Shown here one piece after another: positions 10,701 through 20,280 of a DNA stretch of 64,000 nucleotides. Made by a program: the position numbers and the translations under genes. Under the pieces are notes generated by a model that was not told where the DNA came from, made no database searches, and saw only the letters and a program-made list of their open reading frames with translations. The stretch comes from an uncultured Candidatus Saccharimonadales bacterium (GTDB lineage: Bacteria; Patescibacteriota; Saccharimonadia; UBA4664): assembly GCA_964467655.1 (NCBI GenBank), contig CAYXSN010000007.1:682-64681 (forward strand), read 5' to 3'. How positions within the stretch are numbered: position 1 is the stretch's first letter; every line of letters starts with the position of its first letter.

Positions 10701-13700
10701 CGGTGGAAGGTGGCCTCACCATCGGCAGCGGCACCGCCATCACGGTGGGCGCTAGTGCCGGTCAAAGCTCCACAGTTTCCTGTGGCGCCAACCAGGCAGT
10801 CACGGCTGCCACTTTCACCGGTGGCGTGCTCACTACTGCTCCCAGCTGCGCCACTATCAACGGCACCGGCGCTAACACGACCCTGAGCAACCTCGGCACC
10901 ACAGCCATTACGGCCACGTTGCAGCCGGCCTCAGGTAGTAGTAACGCCATCGATCTGGGTACTGCCTCCACCAACCTCTGGCGAACCGGGTATTTTGGCA
11001 CCAGTGTCCAGAGCCCCAGCTACACTGGCACTGGCGCCGTCAGCGTAACTTCAGGCGGGGCAGCTGGCCTCACGCTACAATCAGCTTCGGGTACCGTCAC
11101 GCTTGGTACCAGCACCAACTTAACTGCCGCCGCCGGCTTAACTATCAACCCTACAGGCGCCAACGGCCTCAACCTGGGTACCGCCAACGCCAACGCTATT
11201 GCCATCGGTAACACCACCTCAAACCCCAGCATTAGCATCGACTCTGGCACCAGCGCCACCAACATCGGCGACACCGCCACCACCAAGGGCATCGACATCG
11301 GTGGCAACGACAACTCGGGTACCGACACCATTAGAATAGCCACCAACGCCACTGCTGCCGACGCTGTCACTATTGGCAGTACCAATGCCACCTCGCTCAC
11401 TATCCTGCAGGGTGGTACTCAAGCCACTGGTGGCATCCAGCTCAACTCAAATGTGGTAGCACTCACCGGTACCAACCCAACCATCACCAACACCGGCACC
11501 AACACGCTCACGATCAACACCAACTCCACCGGCCAGCTCAACCTGGGTACCAATGCCAGCGCCAAAACCATCCAGATCGGCCAGACCACTGCCGCTGTGG
11601 CTGATACCGTCAACATCGCCAACTCAGCGTTCTCAGGTTCTACTGCCACAGTGGCCATCGGCAATCTGTTGGGTGCTAGTGCCACCACCATTCAGGCCGG
11701 TACCGGCAACCTCAATCTCAACGTCGGCCAAGCCGCCTCGGGCGTGATCGTCAAACCGTCAGTTGATAGTGCGATCGCGTTTTCTATCAGGAACGCCGCC
11801 TCCAGCCCCATCTTCAATGTCGATACTACAGATACCAATCCCATTAGTATGAGCGGGTTTGAACAAACAGTGCTCACCAACTGGGCAGCGCTGTCTGGTG
11901 GTAGCGTTGCTCGTGACACCACCCAAAAATACGTTGGCTACTCATCGGGCAAGGTGACAGCCGGCACCACGGCCGGTGGCGGTATCTCTCAGGCCATCAC
12001 GCTCACGGTTTCAACCCAATACACTCTGTCGTTCTATGCCAAACTCGATAGCGCCTCGGCCGCTTTCACGACACTCCAAGCCGGCTACTCCAGCACCGGT
12101 GCCGTCGGCGGGGAAGTCGACTGTACACTTAACTCGAGTACGGTGATTACCACCGGCTGGAACCGTTACTACTGTACCTTCACCACCCCGGGAACCAACT
12201 CGGGCACGCCCTACATTTACATCCAGCACAACGACGCCACCAGCGAGGTCTTCTACGTTGATGCTGTCCAGCTCGACACTGGTAGTGTCTTGTCTCCTTA
12301 CGGATCAGGTCAGATCTCGCTCAATGCCAACATCAACTCGCCAGTCAACTTCCAACAATCCGCCAACTCCACCACGGCCTTCCAGATCACCAATTCAACC
12401 GGCCTCAACATCCTCAATGTCGACACGGTCAACTCGAATATTAATAACCTCATCGTCAGTCCAAGCCTTGAGACTAACACCACAGGGTGGGCCGCCCGCA
12501 CCGGTTGTACGTTTAGCCAAGACAACACGGCTGCCTACAATGGTTATTCTTCGGCCAAATGCGTGAATACCGCCACTGCCAACGCCGGCATGAACATCAC
12601 CAATACCACAGGCATTTTGCCAGCACTGGCCTCAAGCACCACCTACACCATTTCGTTCTATGCCAAGGCATCGCTGTATATGACAACCTTTGAGTTCGGC
12701 CGGGCTGACAACGGTTCAACCGACACCGCCTGCCTCACGGCCCAAACCTTAACTATTGGCGACTGGAAACGCTTCAGCTGTACCTTTACTACAGGTACTC
12801 TATCTGGTACACCATATGTTTACTTCAAACAAACCGACGCGGTCGCTCGCACAATCTGGATTGACGCCGTCACCCTGGAAACGGACGCCAACGCTTCGGC
12901 CAGCTACCGCGACGCCCGCTTGTCGCTGGGCAACGCCACTATCTCCAGTCCAGCGGTCTTTCAGACGAATACCAACTCAAGTACCGCCTTCCAGATTCAA
13001 AACGCCAGCGGAATCCAAGTCTTCAACGTGGATACAGCCTCAGACGCCAACCTGGTTGACAATGCCGGATTTGAGGTTAATTCAACCGGCTGGTCGGCCA
13101 TCAACGGTGCTACGGGCCTCATCCGGGATACGTCTAAAACCTACGTCGGTATTGCTTCGGGTAAGGTTACCACAGCGGTTACTGCCAACTCAGGTATGCG
13201 CTACACCTTTAGTTCGGCGCTACCCGCCGTCGCTGGCGTAGCCTACACAATCTCGGCCTATGTCCAGACCAGCGCTGCCGACGCCACGTTTGGCATGGGC
13301 TACAACAACGGCGCCGACACAGCCTGTACCGTCAGTCCCGCTGCCAGTGCCACAGTGCCATCCACCACCGGCTGGACCAGATTCACCTGCTCGACGCCCG
13401 TCAATACTACAGTTAACTCGGTCTACATTACATCTGGCACCACAGCCGTCACGCTCAACATTGATGCCGTCCGAGTGGAGCTCGGCAGTACTGCTACCGC
13501 CTATGGTGCTGCCAACATTAGTTTTAATGGTGTCTTTACCTCGCCGGTAGCGATCAGGAGTCCCAACGATTCCACGAACACCTTCCAGGTTCAATCTTCA
13601 GCTAACATCAATCTATTGACCATTGATTCCTTAAACAAAACGATCAGTGTTGGCTCGACCGTTACCGATACCAATCAGATTCTACTCCAGCTTGATTCCT

Positions 13701-14659
13701 ACGCCGCCGCCTCCCAAGCCATTACCGATACAGTCACCTGCTCATCGTCGGTTAACCCGGGATCGCTCTACTACAACACCAACACCAATGCCATCCGCAG
13801 TTGCATCAGTGGGGCTTGGGAAGACTTAGTGACTACTGCCGGCATGGGCATCCTCCTTTTTGGTGTGGTTCCTGATTCCGGGTTGGCACCGGGTGACCTG
13901 CCCGCCTTGCGAACCTCAGCCGTCACCGGCCCGTGCAAGGTTTCCTGGGCTACTACGACTACCGTCACAGTTCAACCCTGTGTGGCTTTCTCGGGCGGCC
14001 GCAAGATCATCGTCACGGGCGATACTACGCGCCAAACCATGACCACTCAGACCGTCACCATACCGACCGGTACAGCTAACGGTTATACCCATATTTGCCT
14101 CAACGCCGCCAATACCAGCCAGCCCAGTACGACCACGCTTAGCGCCACCGAAAGCGCCAATCTGCCAACGTTTAGTATTACCAGCCCCATACTATGCTTG
14201 GCCGACGTCAGATTAACTGCTGCCGGTACGGCCATTGCCAACGTGTTTGATACACGCACCTTTACGAATACCACCAAAGAATATGCAACCACGGCGGCAG
14301 CTACTTCAATCGGAGTGGCTGTGGTGCCCAGTACGACTGGTGTCGGCCTGCCGGCCGCCGCCAACGCCACCGCCCGCGGGATCGTGGTAGCCTCAAATGG
14401 TGCTGCCGCTGCGGCCGGTGTGCCCAACGCCATCATCGCCGTGGCTGGCCCGGTAGTGGCCAAAGCCTCGGCTGGTACCAACGCTGCCATCGTGACTATT
14501 GCTGCTACCACCGGGTACGTCTCCACGGGTGGCGCCGTCACGAACACCTATAGTGCGCTCGGTGTGTCGCGCAACACCTATCCGGCGACGGCCTGTACGA
14601 CCACAGCCAACGCCGTCAACTGTAACAACTCGCTGTTCTTTAATCTCAACTTAAGGTAG
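7787..14659 (+). CDS. Giant (2290 aa) secreted adhesin/fibre-like protein with Thr/Gly beta-repeats and three CBM4/9-like modules
   Basis: Signal peptide; N-terminal INFQGRLT...DGSYNIKFTLYD domain; three repeats of (G/S)(F/L)E..W...YT(L/I)S.Y...W.R(Y/F)..DAV. Confidence 0.75.
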   Translation: MCMVYRRQRSVRVLQYLATAGSILATLFGVLETSQSAQAAQTVPYLINFQGRLTNNAGSTVADGSYNIKFTLYDASSGGTNRWQASRVRGASDNRVTVTNGLFNIQFGDATKGDPALSPSLFNTQTYANLYLEVELPMPATATCSTNGCAVFTEGPMTPRQRVASAPYAMQSDTLDGFDSSDFGQLAAANTFTGANLFAPTTSSTVALTVKATTAGSTNSLEIFDSSGVRQGYFNASGGLNLSQAITAPTSTNTINNLVVNNGALSNISGYVQGSGTFSLTSTTATGNVFAVADASLTGNGANLSNFSFTNANTSASATTVNGVRSVPTGTTNANANANTLNAFEAGNATTANNNTINALNIGTGYTNYVTSTNLTINSSGDITTAFTQLDGSTTTNGTGTNSTSMTLTSATNFNIGNYIRVANSAACTTGGPNTCYAKITAIAGNVLTITPALTWATGRAVVEFHIPEIGGLDLTQTLTNRYGRGYFIAGVATGNGTTYYNEDGIDTSASDFSIVPTVTNLTIGNSGTTVAVPGALTVAGQSIVNGSGQINGAQLQTGTVANAALANSSLTVTAGTGLSGGGSVSLGGSSPALNVVYGSTSTSAVRGDTALTCPGGTGQLSGGGTSITLGSGGTCGNISISATPTFTSVTAGTFTGSGAVSVASGGTSALTLDSLSGALVLGSNTASVQKSGTALSIDLNSASASTLTVTNSGAGVASLSVEGGLTIGSGTAITVGASAGQSSTVSCGANQAVTAATFTGGVLTTAPSCSAIAGTGATTTLNNVGSTAIGADLLPGTNNTRSIGSASLVWANMYAANLDAGTTTTALTVGTAGTTTAITIGRSGLQVSIPGGVSSSGNITTSGNISTTSSGTITSAGAISAPTATNTINNLVINNGALSNVGNITGAAAVTLASTTSALTLDSGSNVLVVAANDTTLQRTASGSYTVDLVDAGATSLAVTNSNGTGVASLSVEGGLTIGSGTAITVGASAGQSSTVSCGANQAVTAATFTGGVLTTAPSCATINGTGANTTLSNLGTTAITATLQPASGSSNAIDLGTASTNLWRTGYFGTSVQSPSYTGTGAVSVTSGGAAGLTLQSASGTVTLGTSTNLTAAAGLTINPTGANGLNLGTANANAIAIGNTTSNPSISIDSGTSATNIGDTATTKGIDIGGNDNSGTDTIRIATNATAADAVTIGSTNATSLTILQGGTQATGGIQLNSNVVALTGTNPTITNTGTNTLTINTNSTGQLNLGTNASAKTIQIGQTTAAVADTVNIANSAFSGSTATVAIGNLLGASATTIQAGTGNLNLNVGQAASGVIVKPSVDSAIAFSIRNAASSPIFNVDTTDTNPISMSGFEQTVLTNWAALSGGSVARDTTQKYVGYSSGKVTAGTTAGGGISQAITLTVSTQYTLSFYAKLDSASAAFTTLQAGYSSTGAVGGEVDCTLNSSTVITTGWNRYYCTFTTPGTNSGTPYIYIQHNDATSEVFYVDAVQLDTGSVLSPYGSGQISLNANINSPVNFQQSANSTTAFQITNSTGLNILNVDTVNSNINNLIVSPSLETNTTGWAARTGCTFSQDNTAAYNGYSSAKCVNTATANAGMNITNTTGILPALASSTTYTISFYAKASLYMTTFEFGRADNGSTDTACLTAQTLTIGDWKRFSCTFTTGTLSGTPYVYFKQTDAVARTIWIDAVTLETDANASASYRDARLSLGNATISSPAVFQTNTNSSTAFQIQNASGIQVFNVDTASDANLVDNAGFEVNSTGWSAINGATGLIRDTSKTYVGIASGKVTTAVTANSGMRYTFSSALPAVAGVAYTISAYVQTSAADATFGMGYNNGADTACTVSPAASATVPSTTGWTRFTCSTPVNTTVNSVYITSGTTAVTLNIDAVRVELGSTATAYGAANISFNGVFTSPVAIRSPNDSTNTFQVQSSANINLLTIDSLNKTISVGSTVTDTNQILLQLDSYAAASQAITDTVTCSSSVNPGSLYYNTNTNAIRSCISGAWEDLVTTAGMGILLFGVVPDSGLAPGDLPALRTSAVTGPCKVSWATTTTVTVQPCVAFSGGRKIIVTGDTTRQTMTTQTVTIPTGTANGYTHICLNAANTSQPSTTTLSATESANLPTFSITSPILCLADVRLTAAGTAIANVFDTRTFTNTTKEYATTAAATSIGVAVVPSTTGVGLPAAANATARGIVVASNGAAAAAGVPNAIIAVAGPVVAKASAGTNAAIVTIAATTGYVSTGGAVTNTYSALGVSRNTYPATACTTTANAVNCNNSLFFNLNLR
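9930..10080 (+). repeat. Copy 1 of ~151-bp near-identical internal duplication (copy 2 at 10683-10833)
   Basis: Both copies encode GVASLSVEGGLTIGSGTAITVGASAGQSSTVSCGANQAVTAATFTGGVLT with few synonymous differences. Confidence 0.9.
10683..10833 (+). repeat. Copy 2 of internal duplication in giant surface gene
   Basis: Direct repeat of 9930-10080, offset 753 bp. Confidence 0.9.
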
Positions 14660-14661
14660 CT

Positions 14662-15162
14662 ATGTCGATGCTATCAGGCCGTCGTCGCATCATTGGCTGG
14701 GTGAGCGCCATGTTAGTATTTACCATCTTGACGGCTACAGGTATCGCACTGCTCGTAATGCGGCCGGTCCTGCCCAAGACAATCTCGAAGCAAATCACTT
14801 TCACACTGTTGGTACCGAGCCACGAAATCAGCCAGGTCCGTCAAACCGCCAAGTTTGACGGCTCGTTGGGGCAACTCAGCTACATTGTTAAAATCGGCCA
14901 AAACCAGATAACGGTCAGTGAGCAGGCGACACCCGAGAATTTCACTCTCGTACCACAGGCCTACGACAAAGTAGTTGAAGGCATGAAGCCATATGATTCA
15001 TTTGAGACATCATTAGGTAAGATTAGTATTGCCAAAGTTTCAGGCAAACAAACAGCCGTCACCAACACCAAGGGCACGTTGCTATTTGCCCAGGCTAATC
15101 AAGATATGTCAAGCGATGACTGGCGCAAGTTCTTCGCCCAGTTTGCAGTCGTCACGCAGTAA
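14662..15162 (+). CDS. Hypothetical single-pass membrane protein
   Basis: N-terminal TM; directly follows the giant gene. Confidence 0.7.
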   Translation: MSMLSGRRRIIGWVSAMLVFTILTATGIALLVMRPVLPKTISKQITFTLLVPSHEISQVRQTAKFDGSLGQLSYIVKIGQNQITVSEQATPENFTLVPQAYDKVVEGMKPYDSFETSLGKISIAKVSGKQTAVTNTKGTLLFAQANQDMSSDDWRKFFAQFAVVTQ

Positions 15163-15202
15163 AACTTTGTGGTAAAACTCAATTCTTGTTATGCTTAAAA
15201 AC

Positions 15203-17422
15203 ATGAAAGGTGACGTGAGCCGGCGACTCTCAATAGCTGTCCTATTGGCGGCTTTAGTTCCGACAGCGCCTACCGCCCAAGCAGCGCTTACCAGTTGTGC
15301 CTTTGGGATGTCACCGGCAACAGCCTCCGTCAATACCCAGACTACCTTTAGTTTTGGTATTTATAATAATGCCGCTCAAGACATTCGGTGGATTCAGATC
15401 AACCAACCCGCCGGCGGTGATTACGCCAACATTCAAGCGGCTTCAGCCGGTGATTGGCAGGTGGCTACCATGACTCAAAGCGCCACATTCACGGGGGCAA
15501 CCTTGGCTCCGTATTACAGCCAGGGCTTTGATGTGACAGCCCAAACTGGCACTACCACCGGTCAAACCGGTTACTGGCAAGTGCTGGCCTCAGACTCCGA
15601 AGACGGTGCCGATGCCATAGCCTGCGACGGGCCGGGGGATATTTGGCTTGAAAGAAATGCCACAGCCATTGTCATGAGTGGTTTGAGCCTCACCAGCGTC
15701 AGCCCGACCAGTGTATCCATCCACTGGGACACCGACGTGCCGGCCACCACTCAGATCCTCTATGGTCTTGATACCAACTATGACCGCTCAACCGATTTTG
15801 AAGGCCGGCTGACCACCAGCCATGATGTTAAAATTACCGGCCTGAGTCCGAGCACCGGCTATGTTTACCAGGCAGTCAGTACCACACCCGATGGCGGCCG
15901 TACCCAATCAGGCGATAGTACGTTTTTGACTGCCGTGATTCCGCCATTACAACCGCCACCGTCTACTCCGCCAACCGTGCCAACCGCCTCCGGGAGTGGC
16001 AATGTTCCCGATGTGAAGGTGAAGGCTAGCCCAACTGAGCATGTTCCGCCAGTGGTAACACTAGCAACCATACCGACAGGTGCTGTGGCTACGGCGCCGC
16101 TCATTACCGGCACTGCTACCGACAACGAAGCGGTGGCGCTAATTGAATACTCAATTGACGGTGGTGCCAACTGGCAGCCCGCTGACCAAGCAGCCACAGC
16201 GGCTGGTCAGGCCGCTGGTCGCAGCGTCGGCTTTAGCTTCCGGCCGACCATCACGCAGGATGGCAATTACCGCTTGGTGGTGCGGGCTACCGATGCGTCG
16301 AGAAACACCGCCACAGCTGAGGCCTTCACGCTCATAATCGACCGACTGCCACCGAGACTGAGTCCGGTAATAGTAACGCTCGGTGGTCAGGTCATCCAGC
16401 CCGACGCCAACGGTACGTATCAGCTGGTGCTTGGTGTCAAATATCACGTAAGCGCTACGAGCGTTGGAGGTGCCACCACCGCGGCCGTCCAGCAGGTGGA
16501 TCTAGCCGGCAACCAGGCTGGGACATTTAGTATGGTTCCGTCAAGTGATGGCCTTTGGCAAGGAGTCACAACAGCTGGTCGTTCAGGCGTATACAACCTG
16601 CTCTGGACAGCCCGGGATGGAGCTGGTCATGAGGTCACTCAACCTTTTGGCAAAGCCCAAGTAGGCGATAACGGTAGTATTACGAATGCGGTGAACCGGC
16701 AGCCTGTAGCCAAAGCCGAAATCACTGTCTACACCTATGTTCCAGCTGATGCCGCTTGGCAGGTCTGGGATGCTGGCAGTTGGGGTCAATCAAATCCACA
16801 ACGAACGGTTAATTCGGGCAAATTTGGTTTTGTGCTGCCGCCAGGTCGGTACTACCTGCAAGTCAAAGCCCCTCATTATCAGACCTATACTACCTCAAGT
16901 TTCAGTATAGACACCCCAACCACGCTGGCACCAGAGGTGACGCTGCGCCAGGCTTGGTGGCCAGATTGGTCGGCACACGCCATCGACGTCCAGACCGATA
17001 CCCGGCAGGTTCGCTCAAGCCGTACAGGGCAGGCCTTCCCGGAGTTTAAGTTGCCGGCCGTCGGTGGCGGCAGCCGCCAGACAATCGATTTCCGGGGTCG
17101 TCCCACCTTGTATACGTTTGTGGCTACGTGGGCTCCTGATGGTCAAGCCCAGATTGCCGAACTGGCCGCCTTAGCTCAGAGTAAAGGCTTCAATATTGTG
17201 CCAGTATTTTGCCAGCAGTCAGCCCTTAAGGCGGCAGCTTATTTAACGGGTGCCGGATATAACTACCAGGGTATCGCCGATGCCGACGGTACGTTGTCGG
17301 CAGCAGTCGGGGTGGCTGGCATTCCGTTCCATTATCTCACAGACAATACAGGGCGCATCACAAAGGTCCTCCCGGGCTTTCAGACCAAGGAGACATTATT
17401 AAAGGAGATAGGCGGAAACTAG
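15203..17422 (+). CDS. Secreted FN3/Ig-repeat protein with carboxypeptidase-regulatory-like and C-terminal redoxin-like domain
   Basis: WDTDVPATTQILYG...GLSPSTGYVY (FN3-like); SNPQRTVNSGKFGFVLPPGRYYLQV; GQAFPEFKL...FVATWAPDG...GIP (TlpA/AhpC-like fold). Confidence 0.7.
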   Translation: MKGDVSRRLSIAVLLAALVPTAPTAQAALTSCAFGMSPATASVNTQTTFSFGIYNNAAQDIRWIQINQPAGGDYANIQAASAGDWQVATMTQSATFTGATLAPYYSQGFDVTAQTGTTTGQTGYWQVLASDSEDGADAIACDGPGDIWLERNATAIVMSGLSLTSVSPTSVSIHWDTDVPATTQILYGLDTNYDRSTDFEGRLTTSHDVKITGLSPSTGYVYQAVSTTPDGGRTQSGDSTFLTAVIPPLQPPPSTPPTVPTASGSGNVPDVKVKASPTEHVPPVVTLATIPTGAVATAPLITGTATDNEAVALIEYSIDGGANWQPADQAATAAGQAAGRSVGFSFRPTITQDGNYRLVVRATDASRNTATAEAFTLIIDRLPPRLSPVIVTLGGQVIQPDANGTYQLVLGVKYHVSATSVGGATTAAVQQVDLAGNQAGTFSMVPSSDGLWQGVTTAGRSGVYNLLWTARDGAGHEVTQPFGKAQVGDNGSITNAVNRQPVAKAEITVYTYVPADAAWQVWDAGSWGQSNPQRTVNSGKFGFVLPPGRYYLQVKAPHYQTYTTSSFSIDTPTTLAPEVTLRQAWWPDWSAHAIDVQTDTRQVRSSRTGQAFPEFKLPAVGGGSRQTIDFRGRPTLYTFVATWAPDGQAQIAELAALAQSKGFNIVPVFCQQSALKAAAYLTGAGYNYQGIADADGTLSAAVGVAGIPFHYLTDNTGRITKVLPGFQTKETLLKEIGGN

Positions 17423-17423
17423 C

Positions 17424-19073
17424 ATGATTTCGGCGCAGTTTTTAGGTATCAACGCTCATTTTGCAGTCAATGTAATGGCCAGTCTGGTGGCATTTGCCGT
17501 CTGTTGGCTGAGGTTTGATGCCTGGACGGTGCGACGGTCGCGAGCCGAACTCCTCAGCTGGGTTGGCTTTGCCTTGCTGACGACAGGCTTTCTGGTCTCG
17601 GGCTCAGCCTTGGCTGGCGGCAGTGGCGTAGCCGATATATTAATAACCATCAGTGTGTGGGCAAAACTAGCCGGCTTAGCGGCCATCACGACCAGCCAGC
17701 TACTCGAACCATTACAATCGGTGCCGGATATCTCAACTGACACCGACAGAATAAACCTAACGGCGTCAGCTAGCAGCAAAACTAAGCCCAAAAAACCACG
17801 CCACACAACCATGCCAATCTGGTTGCCGCCAACCCTGAGCGGTAGTGGCTTAACCGCCACGAGCCTAGCCATCACCTTATTGACGGCACTCGTGGCTGGA
17901 CTGTATTGGCGCCGGGCCACACAAGGTCTTGAGCGACATCTCAAACCGCTGGCTTATGGGTTCCTGGTATGGGCCGCCGCCGAGGCTGCTCTGGCCGCCA
18001 CCACGTTGCCAGCCGGGAATAACCCATTCGTAGAGAGGACTCTGGCGGTCTATGGGCCGGTCTGGTGGTTGGGCTTGGCCGCCAGCCTCACCGGCTCGCT
18101 CATGATGGGCCGTTGGGTGTGGTCGTATCTTACAAAGCGGTTGGTGAGCCAGCTATACATGGCCTTGATCGCCCAGGTAATTGTCATATTTCTGGTAGTA
18201 ACAGCCAGTTTTACGTATCTCATGTTGCGAGATGTCAAAAATGCCCAGCTCGGTGACCTGCAAACAGCCAGCCGGGTACTCGATTATGCTATTGCGAGTC
18301 GCCAGGCCCAAAACCAGGCCGAAGCCCAAACGGCGGCGGCTTCAAGCAACGTAGCCGCAGCTGTGGCAGCCCGAAACCGGGTTGGTCTGGCCGCCAGCCT
18401 CACTTCGTTCTACAGTGAGCACAAAGTGAGCAGTTTACTTGTGACCGATGCGGCCGGAGTAGTGCTGTGGCGGGCCGAGGACCCCGAACGCTATGGTGAT
18501 TCGGTCTCAAGTGACGCTCTCATCCGGCGGGCGCAGGCGGGCCGGACGGCTTCGAGTGTTACTGTGAGTTCAGGTGTATCGGCGCCGGCAGTGGCGCTCA
18601 CGGCCGTCAGTCCGATCACCGGCAGCGACGGCCTCGTGATCGGTACGGTCACACTTGGCTTCGACGTGAGCGAAGGTTTTGTTGATGGCATCGAGGCTTC
18701 CACCGGCCTATCGAGCACGGTTTACGGCGGTCACACCCGGGCCGCCACCACCATCAAGGACGCTCGGGGCAACCGGACGGCCGGGGTGAGTATGGCCGAT
18801 GCCACCATCAACTCGGAAGTGCTCGAACACAACCATTCCTACACCGGCACCACCCTCATCAATAATCGTCAGTACCTCACGGCCATCACACCACTGGTGA
18901 ACATTGATGGCCAACCCGTTGGCATGCTCCAAGCTGCCCGTCCAGCCACAGATTTATTTATGGCAGCCGGTCACTCACTGCAACTCATGCTTTTGGTAGC
19001 CAGTGTCTTGCTGCTGTGCGCGGCAGTTCCGCTGTTCAAGCTGGCTAAACTGATTGAACGGCAGCTGCGCTAA
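17424..19073 (+). CDS. Multi-TM membrane protein with Cache-type sensor domain, no cytoplasmic output domain
   Basis: About 7 TM helices, then LLVTDAAGVVLWRA...GTVTLG...YLTAITPL...GML (dCache-like), final TM and 10-aa tail. Confidence 0.65.
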   Translation: MISAQFLGINAHFAVNVMASLVAFAVCWLRFDAWTVRRSRAELLSWVGFALLTTGFLVSGSALAGGSGVADILITISVWAKLAGLAAITTSQLLEPLQSVPDISTDTDRINLTASASSKTKPKKPRHTTMPIWLPPTLSGSGLTATSLAITLLTALVAGLYWRRATQGLERHLKPLAYGFLVWAAAEAALAATTLPAGNNPFVERTLAVYGPVWWLGLAASLTGSLMMGRWVWSYLTKRLVSQLYMALIAQVIVIFLVVTASFTYLMLRDVKNAQLGDLQTASRVLDYAIASRQAQNQAEAQTAAASSNVAAAVAARNRVGLAASLTSFYSEHKVSSLLVTDAAGVVLWRAEDPERYGDSVSSDALIRRAQAGRTASSVTVSSGVSAPAVALTAVSPITGSDGLVIGTVTLGFDVSEGFVDGIEASTGLSSTVYGGHTRAATTIKDARGNRTAGVSMADATINSEVLEHNHSYTGTTLINNRQYLTAITPLVNIDGQPVGMLQAARPATDLFMAAGHSLQLMLLVASVLLLCAAVPLFKLAKLIERQLR

Positions 19074-19097
19074 CAAACTCAATGAAAGGCTCAATCT

Positions 19098-19460
19098 ATG
19101 CCGCTAGTTCTGATAGTCGAAGATGATGAATTGCTACTCAATATGTACCGGGTCGTGTTTGAGCAGCACCATTTCCAAGTGGTCATGGCGTCAGATGGCC
19201 AGTCGGCGCTCGATGCTATCGAGCAGGCAATGCCCGATGTCATGCTCCTCGATATCGTAATGCCCAAGGTCGACGGCCTCGAGGTATTACAACAACTCAA
19301 GGCCAATGCCAAGTGGCAAAAAATTCCAGTAGTCGTCACTACTAGCCTGACAGATACGGCTACGGCTGATGCTGCCCTGGCCGCCGGGGCCACCAAATTC
19401 ATCCAAAAAAGTGAGTATCACCCCGAAGAAGTTGTCAAAATTGTCAAACAAGTGTTATAG
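19098..19460 (+). CDS. Single-domain response regulator (CheY-like)
   Basis: LIVEDD, LLDIVMPKVDG, IPVVVTT, FIQK. Confidence 0.9.
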   Translation: MPLVLIVEDDELLLNMYRVVFEQHHFQVVMASDGQSALDAIEQAMPDVMLLDIVMPKVDGLEVLQQLKANAKWQKIPVVVTTSLTDTATADAALAAGATKFIQKSEYHPEEVVKIVKQVL

Positions 19461-19533
19461 CTAGTTTTTTGTAGAACCACAGTATAAAATTTCTGGAGTG
19501 GTTACCCGAGATCATTGACAAAAGGAGTTACCA

Positions 19534-20280
19534 ATGTCGCTCTGGTCAAGACTAATCTGGCGGGTATATGCCAAGTCATACGACGGAATCCGCCAACTCC
19601 TACCATACCAACAGCTCTACCAAGGGGTCTTGTCGGCTGCCGATATCAAGCCCTTTGATCGCGTCATTGATATTGGTGCTGGCACCGGCAATAGCCGCGC
19701 TTATGCCGGCGCCGGCGCTAGCTGGCTATTGGTCGATCAGATACCCGCTATGCTCAGGCGGGCTCGCCGGAAGTTTGTTGACGATCCGCGAGTCCAGACG
19801 CAAAGGCTCGATTTCACTGACCCTCGCGAACGCGACAACATCGTGCCGGGGTACTCGGTTTGTCTGTCGGTCAATGCCCTGTACTGCGATCCAGATCCAG
19901 TTGGACACCTAACTTGGCTCCATCGAATCGCCGCACCCGCCGCCCGGCTGGTACTAGCAGGTCCTTGGCAAAACGGTGACATGAAGGCCATCATCGCCGA
20001 GCATAGGCGCCAACGAATTGTCCAACAGCACAAGCCACGAATCTGGTGGTTGCTCATCAAAAATCTGCCGGTCTATCTGATTAACCGATGGTATTTGCAA
20101 CCACGCATGACCACGGTGCATTCCTGTCCGGCGTCAGCCAAACAGCTTGCATCCTGGCTCAACCAGGCTGGTTGGCAGATTATGAGTCTCCAATCAGCCT
20201 ATGCCGGTACCGCCTATCTGGTACTCGCACACAAACAACCAGAGGAGCTAACGTGGGCCACTATCAACGACGATGCGTGA
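19534..20280 (+). CDS. Class I SAM-dependent methyltransferase
   Basis: VIDIGAGTGN motif I. Confidence 0.85.
   Translation: MSLWSRLIWRVYAKSYDGIRQLLPYQQLYQGVLSAADIKPFDRVIDIGAGTGNSRAYAGAGASWLLVDQIPAMLRRARRKFVDDPRVQTQRLDFTDPRERDNIVPGYSVCLSVNALYCDPDPVGHLTWLHRIAAPAARLVLAGPWQNGDMKAIIAEHRRQRIVQQHKPRIWWLLIKNLPVYLINRWYLQPRMTTVHSCPASAKQLASWLNQAGWQIMSLQSAYAGTAYLVLAHKQPEELTWATINDDA

Noticed and set aside
307-14547. Many long antisense and alternative-frame ORFs
   Set aside because: Shadows of GC-rich Thr/Ala/Gly-coding genes with no recognisable motifs.
7787-14659. Prophage tail fibre or diversity-generating retroelement target
   Set aside because: Has a signal peptide, no phage structural genes nearby, no reverse transcriptase, and repeat differences are synonymous rather than adenine-specific.
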